Of a stretch of DNA of 64,000 nucleotides, positions 28,363-38,736 are shown piece after piece; position 1 is the stretch's first letter, and every line of letters begins with the position of its first letter. This DNA comes from an uncultured Actinomycetes bacterium. Its GTDB lineage: Bacteria; Actinomycetota; UBA4738; HRBIN12. Below the pieces are notes generated by a model. The model saw only the letters and a program-made list of their open reading frames with translations. It searched no databases and was not told the DNA's origin. Both the position numbers and the translations under genes were made by a program. The stretch covers positions 18,068 to 82,067 of the forward strand of contig CAVVOG010000001.1 in NCBI GenBank assembly GCA_963749895.1. The letters are read 5' to 3'.

Positions 28363-29613
28363 TCAGATCACGAACGGTTCCGACGGCGTGGACTGCAGGA
28401 AGGTCCCGCCGTCCTCGGTGAAGGCCATCGTGTTGATGCTCATCGCGAGCCCGGCCTGCTGGGGGAGGTAGAAGTTGGCCTCGTAGTTCATGACGTCGCC
28501 GGGCTCGAACGTCGCGTCGCCCGGATCCACGCCCAGCTCGTAGACGAAGTCCCCCACCCAGTCGGGAGGGAACGCGATCCCCAGCTCGTAGCCGCCGACC
28601 CACCACTCGTCGCCCAACAGACCGACGTCGCGGTAGTAGCTCTCCACCCTCGCGAGGAGGTCGCGCACCGGAAGCCCCGGCCGGATCGCGTCGGCGACGA
28701 CGTTCACCGCGTCGGTCGTCTTGCGGATGTGCGCGAGCACCTCCGCATCGGGCTCGCCGATCGAGAAGCATCGCGCGGTGTTCGCGTGGTAGCGGTGATG
28801 GACGCCGCACACGTCGACGTTGACGATGTCGCCGGGCATGATCTGTCGCCTGCTGGCCAGCCCGTGGACCGTCGCGGCCCGAGGGCCGCTGACCACCGGC
28901 AACGGGATCGCCGCGACCTCGCCGCCGGCAGCGGCCATCGCGTGGATCATCGCGCCGTAGACCTCCAGCTCCGTCACGCCGGGCTCCGCGAGGGCGTCGT
29001 GTGCCGCCGAGAGCCCCACGTCGGCGATCCTCTGCGCCGTCCGCACGTAGGCGAGCTCCTGCGGGGACTTGCGGCGTCGAACCGCCCGGACGACGTCGGT
29101 CCCGTCGACGACCTCGGCGGCGCCTGCCGACTCCAGCACGGCCTGGAACCGCTCCGAGACGGTCCGCGGCGGCCGGTAGCAGCGCATCTCCAGCCCGACG
29201 CGGCCGCCGAGCCATCCCTCGGCCTTCAGCTCGCCCGCGATGAAGTCGAATCCTTCGGGTCCGAGCCCCTCGAAGATCCGCACGTCCGGGGAGACAGCGG
29301 TGAACTGGAGCAGCGCGGCCTCCTCGGGATCGTCGAAGTGGATCGACCTGTCGTGGTCGACGTGGACGGCGACCCCCGAGGCCGGCATCCATCCGGCCGG
29401 GCCGTTGGCCTGGTACCACTCGGCCGCGTATCCGGTCAGGTAGTTGATCGACTCGGGCGCCGTCACGTAGAGGAGGTCGATCCCCCGGTCGGCCATCGCC
29501 GCCCGGACGCGAGCGAGCCGCTCGCGGTACTCGCGGAGCGAGAACGGGGCCTCGAGCTGCGGGTTCAGCCGCTCCAGCACCCGGCGCTTGTTCGGTCCCA
29601 TCGCATCCCCCAT
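28363..29613 (-). CDS. M24-family metallopeptidase (creatinase/Xaa-Pro aminopeptidase/ectoine-hydrolase-like)
   Basis: Creatinase_N-like N-terminus plus a pita-bread C-terminal domain. RBS GAAGGAGGAAC lies before the ATG at 29613. Confidence 0.8.
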   Translation of the reverse strand: MGDAMGPNKRRVLERLNPQLEAPFSLREYRERLARVRAAMADRGIDLLYVTAPESINYLTGYAAEWYQANGPAGWMPASGVAVHVDHDRSIHFDDPEEAALLQFTAVSPDVRIFEGLGPEGFDFIAGELKAEGWLGGRVGLEMRCYRPPRTVSERFQAVLESAGAAEVVDGTDVVRAVRRRKSPQELAYVRTAQRIADVGLSAAHDALAEPGVTELEVYGAMIHAMAAAGGEVAAIPLPVVSGPRAATVHGLASRRQIMPGDIVNVDVCGVHHRYHANTARCFSIGEPDAEVLAHIRKTTDAVNVVADAIRPGLPVRDLLARVESYYRDVGLLGDEWWVGGYELGIAFPPDWVGDFVYELGVDPGDATFEPGDVMNYEANFYLPQQAGLAMSINTMAFTEDGGTFLQSTPSEPFVI

Positions 29614-29653
29614 CGCTGACCGTTCCTCCTTCGGCTCTCGCCGCGGCGCGCGC

Positions 29654-32203
29654 CTACGGGCACGTATCGAACGTGTTGGTGCCGCCGCCCCCACGACAGA
29701 CGTCTCTCCCGGCCCCGCCGCTGAGGTGATCGTTCCCCGGCCCGCCCTCCAGACGGTCGCGCCGGTCGCCACCGGAAAGGAAGTCGCCCCCGGCCCGGCC
29801 GATCAGCACGTCGCGGCCGCCGAAACCGTAGAGGGAGTTCGGACCGGCGTCGCCGCGGAGACGGTCGTCGCCCAGGAGGGTGCCGTACACGTGGTCGATC
29901 CGCCGGTACCGGTCCGTACCCACGATCGGTCCCCACCCGCGGCCCTTCGCCAGGTTGACCTCGACCCGCTTGCGTGTGCACCGGTTCCCCACGCAGCTGA
30001 AGTAGCTCACGGTGTCGCGTCCGGAGACCCCGTCGATGAGATCGTCGCCGCCGAGACCGGTGAGCACGTTGTCACCGTCGTCGCCCCGCAGGACGTCGTC
30101 GCCAGAGCCGCCGAAAGCACCCTCGAGCCCCCGCAGCGTCGATCGGTCCTGTCCGACGAACGCCCGCTCGGTCCCGAGGTCGACCTCGACCGGTCGACCG
30201 AGGTTCGAGTAGGACACGTAGTCGTAGCCGCCGCCGCCAAGGACGAGGTCCTCGCCGCCGCTCGGATAGATCACGTCGTCTCCGCCGCGTGCACACAGCA
30301 CGTCCGTCAGCGGTGTCCCGACCAGCTGATCGTTGCCCGACGTGCCGTCGTGCGTGCACGTCGTGGCGTCGAGCCCCTCGATCGTCACCGATGCCGCATC
30401 GTCGGTGGGGTCGGGGTCGTCGGCGCTCGTGACGGCCGCCTCGAGCACGACCGGGCCCGTGCGACGGAGCTCGACGTCGATCGAGAGCCGAGCGACTTCC
30501 CCACGGGAGAGCGCCCCGACGGGGCAGTCGATCCGCCCCGAGGATCGGACGCAGAGACCGGGCGCCTTCACCACCGTCGCGCCCGACCCGGTGTCGAGGG
30601 ACAGCACCACGCCGTCCGGGCCGGTCGGCCCGTTCGCCACCGCGACGAGATCGACGTCCACCGCGCGTCCCTTCAGCGCTCGAGGGGGGACCCGAGTGAT
30701 CGCGACGGCGACGTCGGCGCCCGATGACGGCGGCGGCACCACGCGGGCCCACGTCGTCCGCCACCGGTCACCGTCCACGCTCGGGGTCGCCGCCGACGTC
30801 TGTACCGTCCACAGGCTGCCGTCTGACGGGTCGGCCACCGTGGCGCTCGTGTCACCCCAGCGGTTCGTGCCGTCGACGTCCGGGACCGCGTACGGAGCCT
30901 CACCGGGCGCGAAGACGACCTCGCCGCCGAGCGTCCCGATCGCGTCGGCGACGGTGCGGAGCCGGTACGCACCGCTCGCGTACCTGCTCTCGGAGAACCT
31001 CGTGTATCCGAGGAGGAGGTCGCCGGCAGGGTTGACGGCGAGCGACGGGAACGCCGACACGACCCCCAAGCGGCCCTGCTGGAGCACGGTTCCCTCGGGG
31101 AGGAACTGCCACCACTGCACGGAGGCGCGCGTGGGCTCCGACGCCGGCAGGAAGACCGTGTGAGCGCACCAGATCGTGCCGTTGCGCATCGTGCACGTCT
31201 GGAGGCGGGTGTCACCGGTATCGATCGCGACCGCCGAGCCACGCTGCGGTGCGTCGACCGCGGTCGTCGACCACCTCGACCCGACGACCGCGGCGGCTCG
31301 TGAGATGTACTCGGGCTCCGCCGTGGTGCCCGAGAGCGCCCCGATCGTGAGCGCGCGACCGTTGCCGTCGTCGCTCGCGATCAGTTGTGCCCCGACGAAC
31401 GCGTCCATCGTCGTGACCGGCGCCAGGCCCCGGCGTCCTCCGTCCACCACGCGCGCCAGCGTCATCGCGGGATCGTCGTCCTCCGCCTCGGTGCGGTCGA
31501 ACCCGAGCAGCAGCGACCCGGCGGCCCGTCCGTCGGCGATCACGTCTCGGTCGGTCGCCACCGAGATCCAATCCGCGGAGAACCCCACACGCGTCGAGCG
31601 CACCTCGCGATCGCCGCCCGCGGCGGCGTCGACCCGGACCATCCACCAGCCACCGGTCGGGTCGGAGGTCTTCGAGACCGCGAGCACGACGCCGGCCTCC
31701 CTGCGACCGGGATCCACGCAGGCGGCCATCACGAAGCGTTTGCCGAACGGCTCCCAGACGACGACCGGGTCGACGACGTCGACGATCGACGGGTCGAATG
31801 CGCGCCACCAACCCAGCAACGAGGACGCGGCGAGCACCCCGCCGTCCTTCGAGGAGACCCGTACCCCGTCCGCGACGACCTGCACGAGGTGCGAGGTCCC
31901 CACGGCGCCGTGGGTGTCGGGGGGCGACACCGTCGCGTCTCCCTCGATCCCGGGGATCGTCGCCGCCGGATCGGGTGAGGCGGCGAGGATCGTCCGTTCC
32001 CCACGGCGTAGGTCGGTCGACGGGATCGCCTCCGCCGCGATCAGTCGCTCGCCGTCCACGATCACCTGCGACCTGTCGGGTCCCGCGCTCCGACCGAGCA
32101 GCGAGGGCGGCGGGACCGAGACGGCGCCGGCGACGGTCGGCGCGACGGTCGACGACACCGCGAGCGCGGCGATCACGACGGCGAGGGCGCGGGTCCGGAG
32201 CAT
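29654..32203 (-). CDS. large secreted protein with C-terminal RTX (hemolysin-type Ca-binding GGxGxD) repeats
   Basis: Sec signal MLRTRALAVVIAALAVSSTVAPTVAGA; about 500 aa of unknown domain, then tandem nonapeptide repeats (GGSGDDVLRGDDGDNVLTGLGGDDLIDG...). Confidence 0.8.
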   Translation of the reverse strand: MLRTRALAVVIAALAVSSTVAPTVAGAVSVPPPSLLGRSAGPDRSQVIVDGERLIAAEAIPSTDLRRGERTILAASPDPAATIPGIEGDATVSPPDTHGAVGTSHLVQVVADGVRVSSKDGGVLAASSLLGWWRAFDPSIVDVVDPVVVWEPFGKRFVMAACVDPGRREAGVVLAVSKTSDPTGGWWMVRVDAAAGGDREVRSTRVGFSADWISVATDRDVIADGRAAGSLLLGFDRTEAEDDDPAMTLARVVDGGRRGLAPVTTMDAFVGAQLIASDDGNGRALTIGALSGTTAEPEYISRAAAVVGSRWSTTAVDAPQRGSAVAIDTGDTRLQTCTMRNGTIWCAHTVFLPASEPTRASVQWWQFLPEGTVLQQGRLGVVSAFPSLAVNPAGDLLLGYTRFSESRYASGAYRLRTVADAIGTLGGEVVFAPGEAPYAVPDVDGTNRWGDTSATVADPSDGSLWTVQTSAATPSVDGDRWRTTWARVVPPPSSGADVAVAITRVPPRALKGRAVDVDLVAVANGPTGPDGVVLSLDTGSGATVVKAPGLCVRSSGRIDCPVGALSRGEVARLSIDVELRRTGPVVLEAAVTSADDPDPTDDAASVTIEGLDATTCTHDGTSGNDQLVGTPLTDVLCARGGDDVIYPSGGEDLVLGGGGYDYVSYSNLGRPVEVDLGTERAFVGQDRSTLRGLEGAFGGSGDDVLRGDDGDNVLTGLGGDDLIDGVSGRDTVSYFSCVGNRCTRKRVEVNLAKGRGWGPIVGTDRYRRIDHVYGTLLGDDRLRGDAGPNSLYGFGGRDVLIGRAGGDFLSGGDRRDRLEGGPGNDHLSGGAGRDVCRGGGGTNTFDTCP

Positions 32204-32243
32204 GGACCGGCATCGTACCGCCGCGGTCCGTGAGACCCCCGGC

Positions 32244-32891
32244 TCACCAGGGCAGCCCGACGGTATCCGCGATGAACCAGATCGTCCCGAGCGCCGCGGC
32301 GACGATCGTGATCGCCACGCCGATCGCCCACGGGAGCCGGCGCCAGGCGACGAGGACCCCGAGGACGACGCCGGCCGCAGCGGTGCCGAGCTGAAGGGCG
32401 AGGCGCGAGGTTGCCTCGATCCGGACCGCGGCGTCGCTGCCCGAGATACACAGGTCGAACCCGGTCGCCAGCCGGTACCCGTCCGGACACACGGGAGAGT
32501 CGATCACCTGCAGCCCGAGGACCAGGCCCGCCAGCGCGATCAGGACGGCCTCTCCCCAACGCCACCCGTCGCCCCCGTTCGGGTCCGACGGTCGCCAGAC
32601 GCCGCCCCACAGCACGACCGCACCCAGGGCCGCGGTGGCGAGACCCGCCATCACGAAGACGCCCCCGACCCCCACCGTGGTCCGGCACCACTCGCGCCCG
32701 GCGGGGCCCCCGTACGGGCACGTGAGCTCGGCCCAGGCCGACCAGACCGTGAACAAGCCCGCGAGCATCACGCACGTGCCGACCGTGATCTGCGCTGCCC
32801 TCCCACGGACGGAAACCGGCTCCAACCCGCGGGAACGCTGGGCTCGTCGGGTGGTCGCGGGCGTGGTCGCGGGCGTCGTCACGACCCTCAT
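32244..32891 (-). CDS. integral membrane protein, hypothetical
   Basis: 4-5 hydrophobic helices with Cys pairs in the loops. The start is uncertain; the Arg-rich N-terminal extension is probably not coding. Confidence 0.5.
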   Translation of the reverse strand: MRVVTTPATTPATTRRAQRSRGLEPVSVRGRAAQITVGTCVMLAGLFTVWSAWAELTCPYGGPAGREWCRTTVGVGGVFVMAGLATAALGAVVLWGGVWRPSDPNGGDGWRWGEAVLIALAGLVLGLQVIDSPVCPDGYRLATGFDLCISGSDAAVRIEATSRLALQLGTAAAGVVLGVLVAWRRLPWAIGVAITIVAAALGTIWFIADTVGLPW

Positions 32892-32956
32892 CCTGGCAGG
32901 CGGTGTGCACCGGTGTGTGCAAGGTCCGCGGTCATCGGGTATCCTGCGCACTTCGG

Positions 32957-33412
32957 ATGCGAACCCCCCGGCGCACCCTCCTTCCCGTTCTCCCCCTCTT
33001 GGTGGCGATGCTCTGCGTGCTGTGGGCCGGCCCGGCCGCGGCCGGGAACCGGGCGGAGCGCCAGCGGGAGAAGCTCCTCGGCTTCGTGAACGACGTACGG
33101 ACCCACCGCGGGGTGAAACCCCTGCGTGAGCTCTCCGGTCTGTCCGACATCGCCCGTTCGCACACGCGGGCCATGGTGCGGCAGGGCCGGCTGTTCCATA
33201 CGCAGGACCTGGCGAAGAAGGTCCGGTCGTGGAGCCCCGTCCGGTGGGGCGAGAACGTCGGCTACGGCCCCTCGATCTGGCGCGTCGTCAAGATGTGGCA
33301 ACGGAGCCCGAGCCACTACGCCAACATGATCGGGCGCGGGTTCCACCGTGCCGGGGTGGCTGTGGTCTACGCCAAGGGTTGGTACTGGGCGACCCTCATC
33401 GTCATCAGCTGA
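32957..33412 (+). CDS. secreted CAP-domain (SCP/PR-1-like) protein
   Basis: Signal peptide and CAP motifs (HTRAMVRQGRLFH, GENVGYG, HYANMIG). Confidence 0.8.
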   Translation: MRTPRRTLLPVLPLLVAMLCVLWAGPAAAGNRAERQREKLLGFVNDVRTHRGVKPLRELSGLSDIARSHTRAMVRQGRLFHTQDLAKKVRSWSPVRWGENVGYGPSIWRVVKMWQRSPSHYANMIGRGFHRAGVAVVYAKGWYWATLIVIS

Positions 33413-33488
33413 GCGGGCCACCCGTCGCTCGACGCCCCGGTCCGTCTGCGCTACGGTCGGTATGTCTCTCGTTCCACAGGAGGGAGCC

Positions 33489-33677
33489 ATGGACGTCAAG
33501 GTCGGCGATCGGATCGCTGTCGAGACCGAGCGGGTGGGCCAGCCGGAGCGCGAAGGCGAGGTCCTCGAGTTGATCCAAGGTGCCGGTGGCCTGTCGCTGC
33601 GCGTGCGCTGGTCCGACGGACACGAGTCGATCTTCAGCCCGGCGGCCGGGGCGGTCAGGGTCCTGACGGACCACTGA
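33489..33677 (+). CDS. DUF1918-family small protein
   Basis: RBS AGGAGGGAG before the ATG; MDVKVGDRIAVE...GHESIFSPAAGAVRV. Confidence 0.6.
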   Translation: MDVKVGDRIAVETERVGQPEREGEVLELIQGAGGLSLRVRWSDGHESIFSPAAGAVRVLTDH

Positions 33678-33710
33678 CCTGGTTGCGGGTTCCCGGTCCG
33701 ACGTGACCGG

Positions 33711-36700
33711 TCAACCCGCGAGCGTCCGGAGCTGCCGCAGGGCGACCGTCAGCTGCGAGCCGTCGGTGACGCCCTCGACCGCCAAGGAGCGCATGAAGCG
33801 CCGCACGCGTTCCGCGGCCTCCGCGCGTGCCTCCAGGAACGTGTCGACGGCGTCGTCGATCGATCCACCGGAAGCCCCGTCGAGCACGCGTTCGCACAGG
33901 CGGCGGCGCAGAGCGAGGAGATCGTCCTCGGTCGACTGCAGCGCCCACCGCTGCCAGCGCGTGGTCGTGGGCAGCGACGCCAGCTGGGTCTCGAGCCAGT
34001 CGATCTCGAGCCGCTCCCCGAGCACGAAGAAGCCGCGGGCCACCTCCAGCGGCGACCATCCCGTCGCATGCGCCACGGCGATGATGTCGGGGGCGTGCAC
34101 GAGCTCAGGCTGGAAGGCGTGTCGGCGTGCCACGACCTCGGGGGCGCCGGCCGCGATCAGCCGTTGCGCTTCCTGCTCGTGCTCCTCTCGCCAGGCCTCC
34201 GGGCCGATCTGGTGGATCGCGGCCGACAGCTCGGCGAACGAGTCCCGAGCCTCTCCCACCGCCTCCGACAGCCGCCGCCCCGCCGCCTGCACGAGGTACC
34301 AACGGGAGGTCGTCTCGACGAGCCAGTCGACCCCGGTCATCAGCTCGGCCTGCACGATCGGGTCGATCTGACCGTCGAGGGCCTCCACGTCGGCCCAGCG
34401 TGCGACGGCCCCGGTCACGTCGCGCGCGATCCGGAACGCCCGGACCACATCGGCGGCATGCGCGCCGGTCTCGGTGACCATCCGGGAGACGAACGTGATC
34501 CCTTGCGAGTTGACGACGTCGTTCGCCGCCATCGTGGCGATGATCTCGCGGCGGAGCGGGTGTTCCGTGAGCAGATCGCCGAACCGCTCCACGATCGCCG
34601 AGGGGAAGTAGCGTTGAAGATCCACGGCCAGGTAGTCGCTGTCGGGGAGGTCGCTGGCGAGCAGCGCCGAGTACACGGAGCGCTTCGCGTAGGCGAGCAG
34701 GACCGACATCTCGGGGCGGGTGAGCCCCATCCCGGCCGCCCGCCGTTCCAGCACCTCTTCGCTCGTGGGCAGGAACTCGACCTCACGCTCGAGCTCTCCC
34801 TCGGCCTCGAGCTGCTGCATCAACTCCTCGTAGGCCTCGATCCGGGCCGGTGCGACCTGCTCCTCCTGGGACAGGATCTGCGCCTGGAGATAGTTGTCGT
34901 ACAACACGTGCTGGACCACATCGGGGGCGCATGCCTCCAGCAGCTCGTTGCGCCCCTCGACCGTCAGCTGGCCGCGGGCGATCGCGAGCCCCAGCAGGAT
35001 CTTCCAGTTGACCTCGTGGTCCGACGTGTCGACGCCCGCGGAGTTGTCGATGAAGTCGGTGTTGATCCGGCCCCCGGCGAGCGCGTACTCGATCCGACCG
35101 CGCTGGGTGAAGCCGAGGTTGCCGCCCTCGCCTACGACGCGGGCTCGGACGTCCCGCCCGTTCACCCGCACGGCGTCGTTGCCTCGGTCTCCCGCGTCGG
35201 CGTGGGTCTCCCGGGCGGACTTCACGTAGGTGCCGATCCCGCCGTTCCACAGTAGATCGACCGGCGCCTGCAAGATCCAACGGATCAGTTCGTCCGGGGT
35301 CATCTCCGCGGGCGCGTCGTCGGGGATCGAGAGGGCGGCGCGCACCTGCGGCGACGGAGCCACGCTCTTGGCCCTGCGGTCCACGACGTCCCCGCCGACG
35401 GACAAGAGCGAGCGGTCGTAGTCGTTCCACGACGAACCGGGCTGCTCGAACAGCCGCTGTCGCTCGACGAAGGACACCTTGGGGTCGATCGGCTCGGGAT
35501 CGAGGAACACGTGACGGTGATCGAACGCGGCGACGAGCCGGATCATCTCCGTGTAGAGCATGCCGTTGCCGAACACGTCGCCCGACATGTCGCCGACCCC
35601 GACCACGGTGAACGGATCTCGGCGCACGTCGATCCCCGGTTCGCGGAAGTGGCGCTTCACCGACTCCCACGCCCCGCGTGCCGTGATCCCCAGCGCCTTG
35701 TGGTCGTAGCCCGCTGAGCCCCCGCTCGCGAACGCGTCACCGAGCCAAAAGCCGTAGCGACCCGCCTGCTCGTTCGCGATGTCGGAGAAGGTCGCGGTTC
35801 CCTTGTCGGCCGCGACGACGAGGTACGCGTCCGGCGCGTCGAGCACACGGACCCCCTCCGGATGCACGATCTCGCCGTTCACCAGGTTGTCCGTGATGTC
35901 GAGCAGCCCGTGCATGAAGGTCACGTACTGCGTGACCACCTCCTGCCTGAGCTCCTCCGGCGTGGCGGGCGTGCGCTTCAGGACGAACCCGCCCTTCGAG
36001 CCGTCCGGCACGATGACCGCGTTCTTCACCTTCTGCGCCTTCATCAGGCCGAGCACCTCGGTGCGGTAGTCCTCCTTGCGGTCGGACCATCGGATCCCGC
36101 CGCGGGCGACCATCCCGCCGCGCAGATGGATCGCTTCCATCGTCGGCGAGTACACGAAGATCTCGAACAACGGATGCGGCTTGGGCATCTCCGGCACGTC
36201 GGCCGAGCGGAGCTTGAACGACAGGAACGAGCGGTCGGGCAGGTAGGCGTTGGTACGGACCGTGCTCTCGATCGTCCCCAGGAGCGACCGGATGATCTGA
36301 TCTTGGTCCAACGATGCGACCGACCCGAGATCGGCGAGGATCTGGGTTCGGATCGCCGTCGCCTCCTCGTCGCCCCCGGCGCGCGTGGGGTCGAACCGCG
36401 CCTCGAACAGCGCGACGAGTCGCGCCGCGATGTGCGGGTTCTCGGCCATCGCGTCGTTGCGGTAGTCCTCGGTGAACCGGCTCGACACGCGCATCCGGTA
36501 CTTGCGGTACGCGCGCAGGATCTGGACCTGTCGCCAGTCGAGGCCCGCGAACGTCACGAGGCGGTTCAGCGAGTCCACCTCGGCGGAGCCCCGCCACATC
36601 GCCCCGATCGCATCGACGACCCGCACGGAATCGGTCTCGAGGTTCAGGACGGCCCCGCGCCCGTCCAGCACGCCGAAGTCGTGGATGTACACCCGCCCGG

Positions 36701-38552
36701 CCCCACGGAGCTGCACCGGCACCTCTTCGACCGCCCGGAGACCGAGCGACTCGAGCAGCGGCATGAACGCTGACAGGTCGACCTTGCCCCCGGTCTTGTA
36801 GAGCTTCACCCGGGTGAGCCGCTCGCCGACGGTCTCGTTGTCCACGCCGACCACGAACCCGTCCGGGCTGCCTTCGAGCTCCTCGAGATGCAGCACGTCC
36901 TCCACGACGAGCGCCCAGTCCGTATCGGAGGTCTTGTAGTAGTCGGGGAACCGTGAGGCGTACTTCGTCGCGAGCGCGCTGCCGCGGTCGCGGCCCAGCC
37001 GGGCGACGAGGGTGTCGTGCAGATCGTCGTCCCACGTCCGCGCGAGCCGCTCCACCTCCGCCTCGAGCTCCTCGTAGGGCACCTCCGGGATGTGCACGCC
37101 GGGGTCGACGTGGATCGTGAAGAAGATCCGCGCGGACTCGGTCTCGCCGAGCGAGAGGTGGTAGTCGATCGTCGAGCCGTTGAAACGCTCGAGGAACATC
37201 GACTGCAGCCGTTTGCGGAGGGAGGCGCTGAACCGCTCCCGAGGCAGGGCCACCACGATCGACACCTGCCGTCCGTAGAGGTCCCTGCGCACGAGCACCC
37301 TGATCCCGCCGTGCTTCTCGAGCTGGAGCAGGCCCGTCACGAGCTGACGGAGGTCCTCGGCAGACGCGAGGAACAGCTCGTCGCGCGGGAACGACTCGAA
37401 CAGCTCGACGGCCTGCTTGTAGTCGTGCGACCCCGGGATCAGATCCTCGGCCGCGATGATCTGGTCGAGCTTGTGGTGCAGCAGCGGCGTCGAGGACGCC
37501 GACTCCATGTACGCCTTCGAGGTGAACAACCCGATGAGTCGCGCCTCACCGTGGATCTCGCCGTCGGCTCCGACGATCCGGACACCGATCGAGTCCATCC
37601 GCGCGCGTCGGTGCACGGTCGAGTACGAGTTCGTCTTGCCGAGCGCGAGCAGATCGCCTTCGACAATCCGACGTCGGACGTCGGTCGGCAGCGTGTCCAG
37701 CGGGGTGACCTCCCCGAACATCGAGGTCGACGTGTCCGCCAAGATCCCCAGGCCGCTCGAGGGGACCGCATGGATCGATCGTCCTCGCTCGGTGTCGAGG
37801 AGCTCGTACTCGCGGTAGCCGAGCAGCACGAAGTTGAGCTGGAGCAGCCAGTCGAGGAAGTCGACGGTCTCGCCGACCTCCTGGGGCGAGTAGCGCACGG
37901 CCGCCGCCCGCGCCAGCTCGATCATGTGGCGTACGCGATCTTGCATCGGCTCGAAGTCGCGCACGACCAGTCGGACGTCATGCAGGATCGTCCGGATCCG
38001 CTCTTCCAGGCGCGCCTGCTCGTCGGCAGACAGCTCACGCTCGAGCTCGAAGTGCATCACCGATTCGCGGTGCGACGCGTCGCGCCCCGACATCACCCGC
38101 TCGAGGCGGCCCTCGCCGTCGCGCGCCGTACCGATCACCGGGTGGAGCAGCCGTCGGAAGGGGAGGTCCGCGGCGACGAGCTCCTCGGACACCGAATCGA
38201 CCAGGAACGGCGAGTCGTCGGTGTTCGTCTCCAGGACCGAACCCGGTGCCGTGTACCCGTGCTCCTCGAGCGTCGGGGTGAACACCCGCACGGCCGACGG
38301 TCGGTTGCCGCGTTCATCGATCAAGGAGAACAGCGATGCCGTCATCCGGTAGAGGGCCTCGGTACCGACCTCCTGCATCTCGTCGGCCGACAGCCTCCGC
38401 ACGAACGCCTTCGCGAACGCGACGAGCGCGTCCTGGCGCTGGGGCGGGGCCTCGGCGTGGATCCGCTCGGCGATCGCGTCGAAGTAGGAGGAACCGGCGG
38501 GAGGCGACGGTGCGGCGGGGGGCTGCGCGGAGTGTGGCTCGGTATCGGACAC
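33711..38552 (-). CDS. NAD-specific glutamate dehydrogenase, giant (about 180 kDa) GDH family
   Basis: 1613 aa, uninterrupted; central catalytic domain with Gdh-specific N- and C-terminal extensions. GTG start. Confidence 0.93.
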   Translation of the reverse strand: MSDTEPHSAQPPAAPSPPAGSSYFDAIAERIHAEAPPQRQDALVAFAKAFVRRLSADEMQEVGTEALYRMTASLFSLIDERGNRPSAVRVFTPTLEEHGYTAPGSVLETNTDDSPFLVDSVSEELVAADLPFRRLLHPVIGTARDGEGRLERVMSGRDASHRESVMHFELERELSADEQARLEERIRTILHDVRLVVRDFEPMQDRVRHMIELARAAAVRYSPQEVGETVDFLDWLLQLNFVLLGYREYELLDTERGRSIHAVPSSGLGILADTSTSMFGEVTPLDTLPTDVRRRIVEGDLLALGKTNSYSTVHRRARMDSIGVRIVGADGEIHGEARLIGLFTSKAYMESASSTPLLHHKLDQIIAAEDLIPGSHDYKQAVELFESFPRDELFLASAEDLRQLVTGLLQLEKHGGIRVLVRRDLYGRQVSIVVALPRERFSASLRKRLQSMFLERFNGSTIDYHLSLGETESARIFFTIHVDPGVHIPEVPYEELEAEVERLARTWDDDLHDTLVARLGRDRGSALATKYASRFPDYYKTSDTDWALVVEDVLHLEELEGSPDGFVVGVDNETVGERLTRVKLYKTGGKVDLSAFMPLLESLGLRAVEEVPVQLRGAGRVYIHDFGVLDGRGAVLNLETDSVRVVDAIGAMWRGSAEVDSLNRLVTFAGLDWRQVQILRAYRKYRMRVSSRFTEDYRNDAMAENPHIAARLVALFEARFDPTRAGGDEEATAIRTQILADLGSVASLDQDQIIRSLLGTIESTVRTNAYLPDRSFLSFKLRSADVPEMPKPHPLFEIFVYSPTMEAIHLRGGMVARGGIRWSDRKEDYRTEVLGLMKAQKVKNAVIVPDGSKGGFVLKRTPATPEELRQEVVTQYVTFMHGLLDITDNLVNGEIVHPEGVRVLDAPDAYLVVAADKGTATFSDIANEQAGRYGFWLGDAFASGGSAGYDHKALGITARGAWESVKRHFREPGIDVRRDPFTVVGVGDMSGDVFGNGMLYTEMIRLVAAFDHRHVFLDPEPIDPKVSFVERQRLFEQPGSSWNDYDRSLLSVGGDVVDRRAKSVAPSPQVRAALSIPDDAPAEMTPDELIRWILQAPVDLLWNGGIGTYVKSARETHADAGDRGNDAVRVNGRDVRARVVGEGGNLGFTQRGRIEYALAGGRINTDFIDNSAGVDTSDHEVNWKILLGLAIARGQLTVEGRNELLEACAPDVVQHVLYDNYLQAQILSQEEQVAPARIEAYEELMQQLEAEGELEREVEFLPTSEEVLERRAAGMGLTRPEMSVLLAYAKRSVYSALLASDLPDSDYLAVDLQRYFPSAIVERFGDLLTEHPLRREIIATMAANDVVNSQGITFVSRMVTETGAHAADVVRAFRIARDVTGAVARWADVEALDGQIDPIVQAELMTGVDWLVETTSRWYLVQAAGRRLSEAVGEARDSFAELSAAIHQIGPEAWREEHEQEAQRLIAAGAPEVVARRHAFQPELVHAPDIIAVAHATGWSPLEVARGFFVLGERLEIDWLETQLASLPTTTRWQRWALQSTEDDLLALRRRLCERVLDGASGGSIDDAVDTFLEARAEAAERVRRFMRSLAVEGVTDGSQLTVALRQLRTLAG

Positions 38553-38736
38553 GGTTCAGGCCTCGTCGGTCGGTGCCGTCGGGAAGGGTTCGGAGGGCCC
38601 ATTGTGGCAGGTCAGGCGAACGACCGTTCGAGACGTTGTCCGTCCCGAACGATGGAGGCCGACGCGCCCTGGCGACATCGATACGCCACCACCTACCTTG
38701 TCGAGTTGGAGGGGTCTACACAAGGGGGTGAACCCC

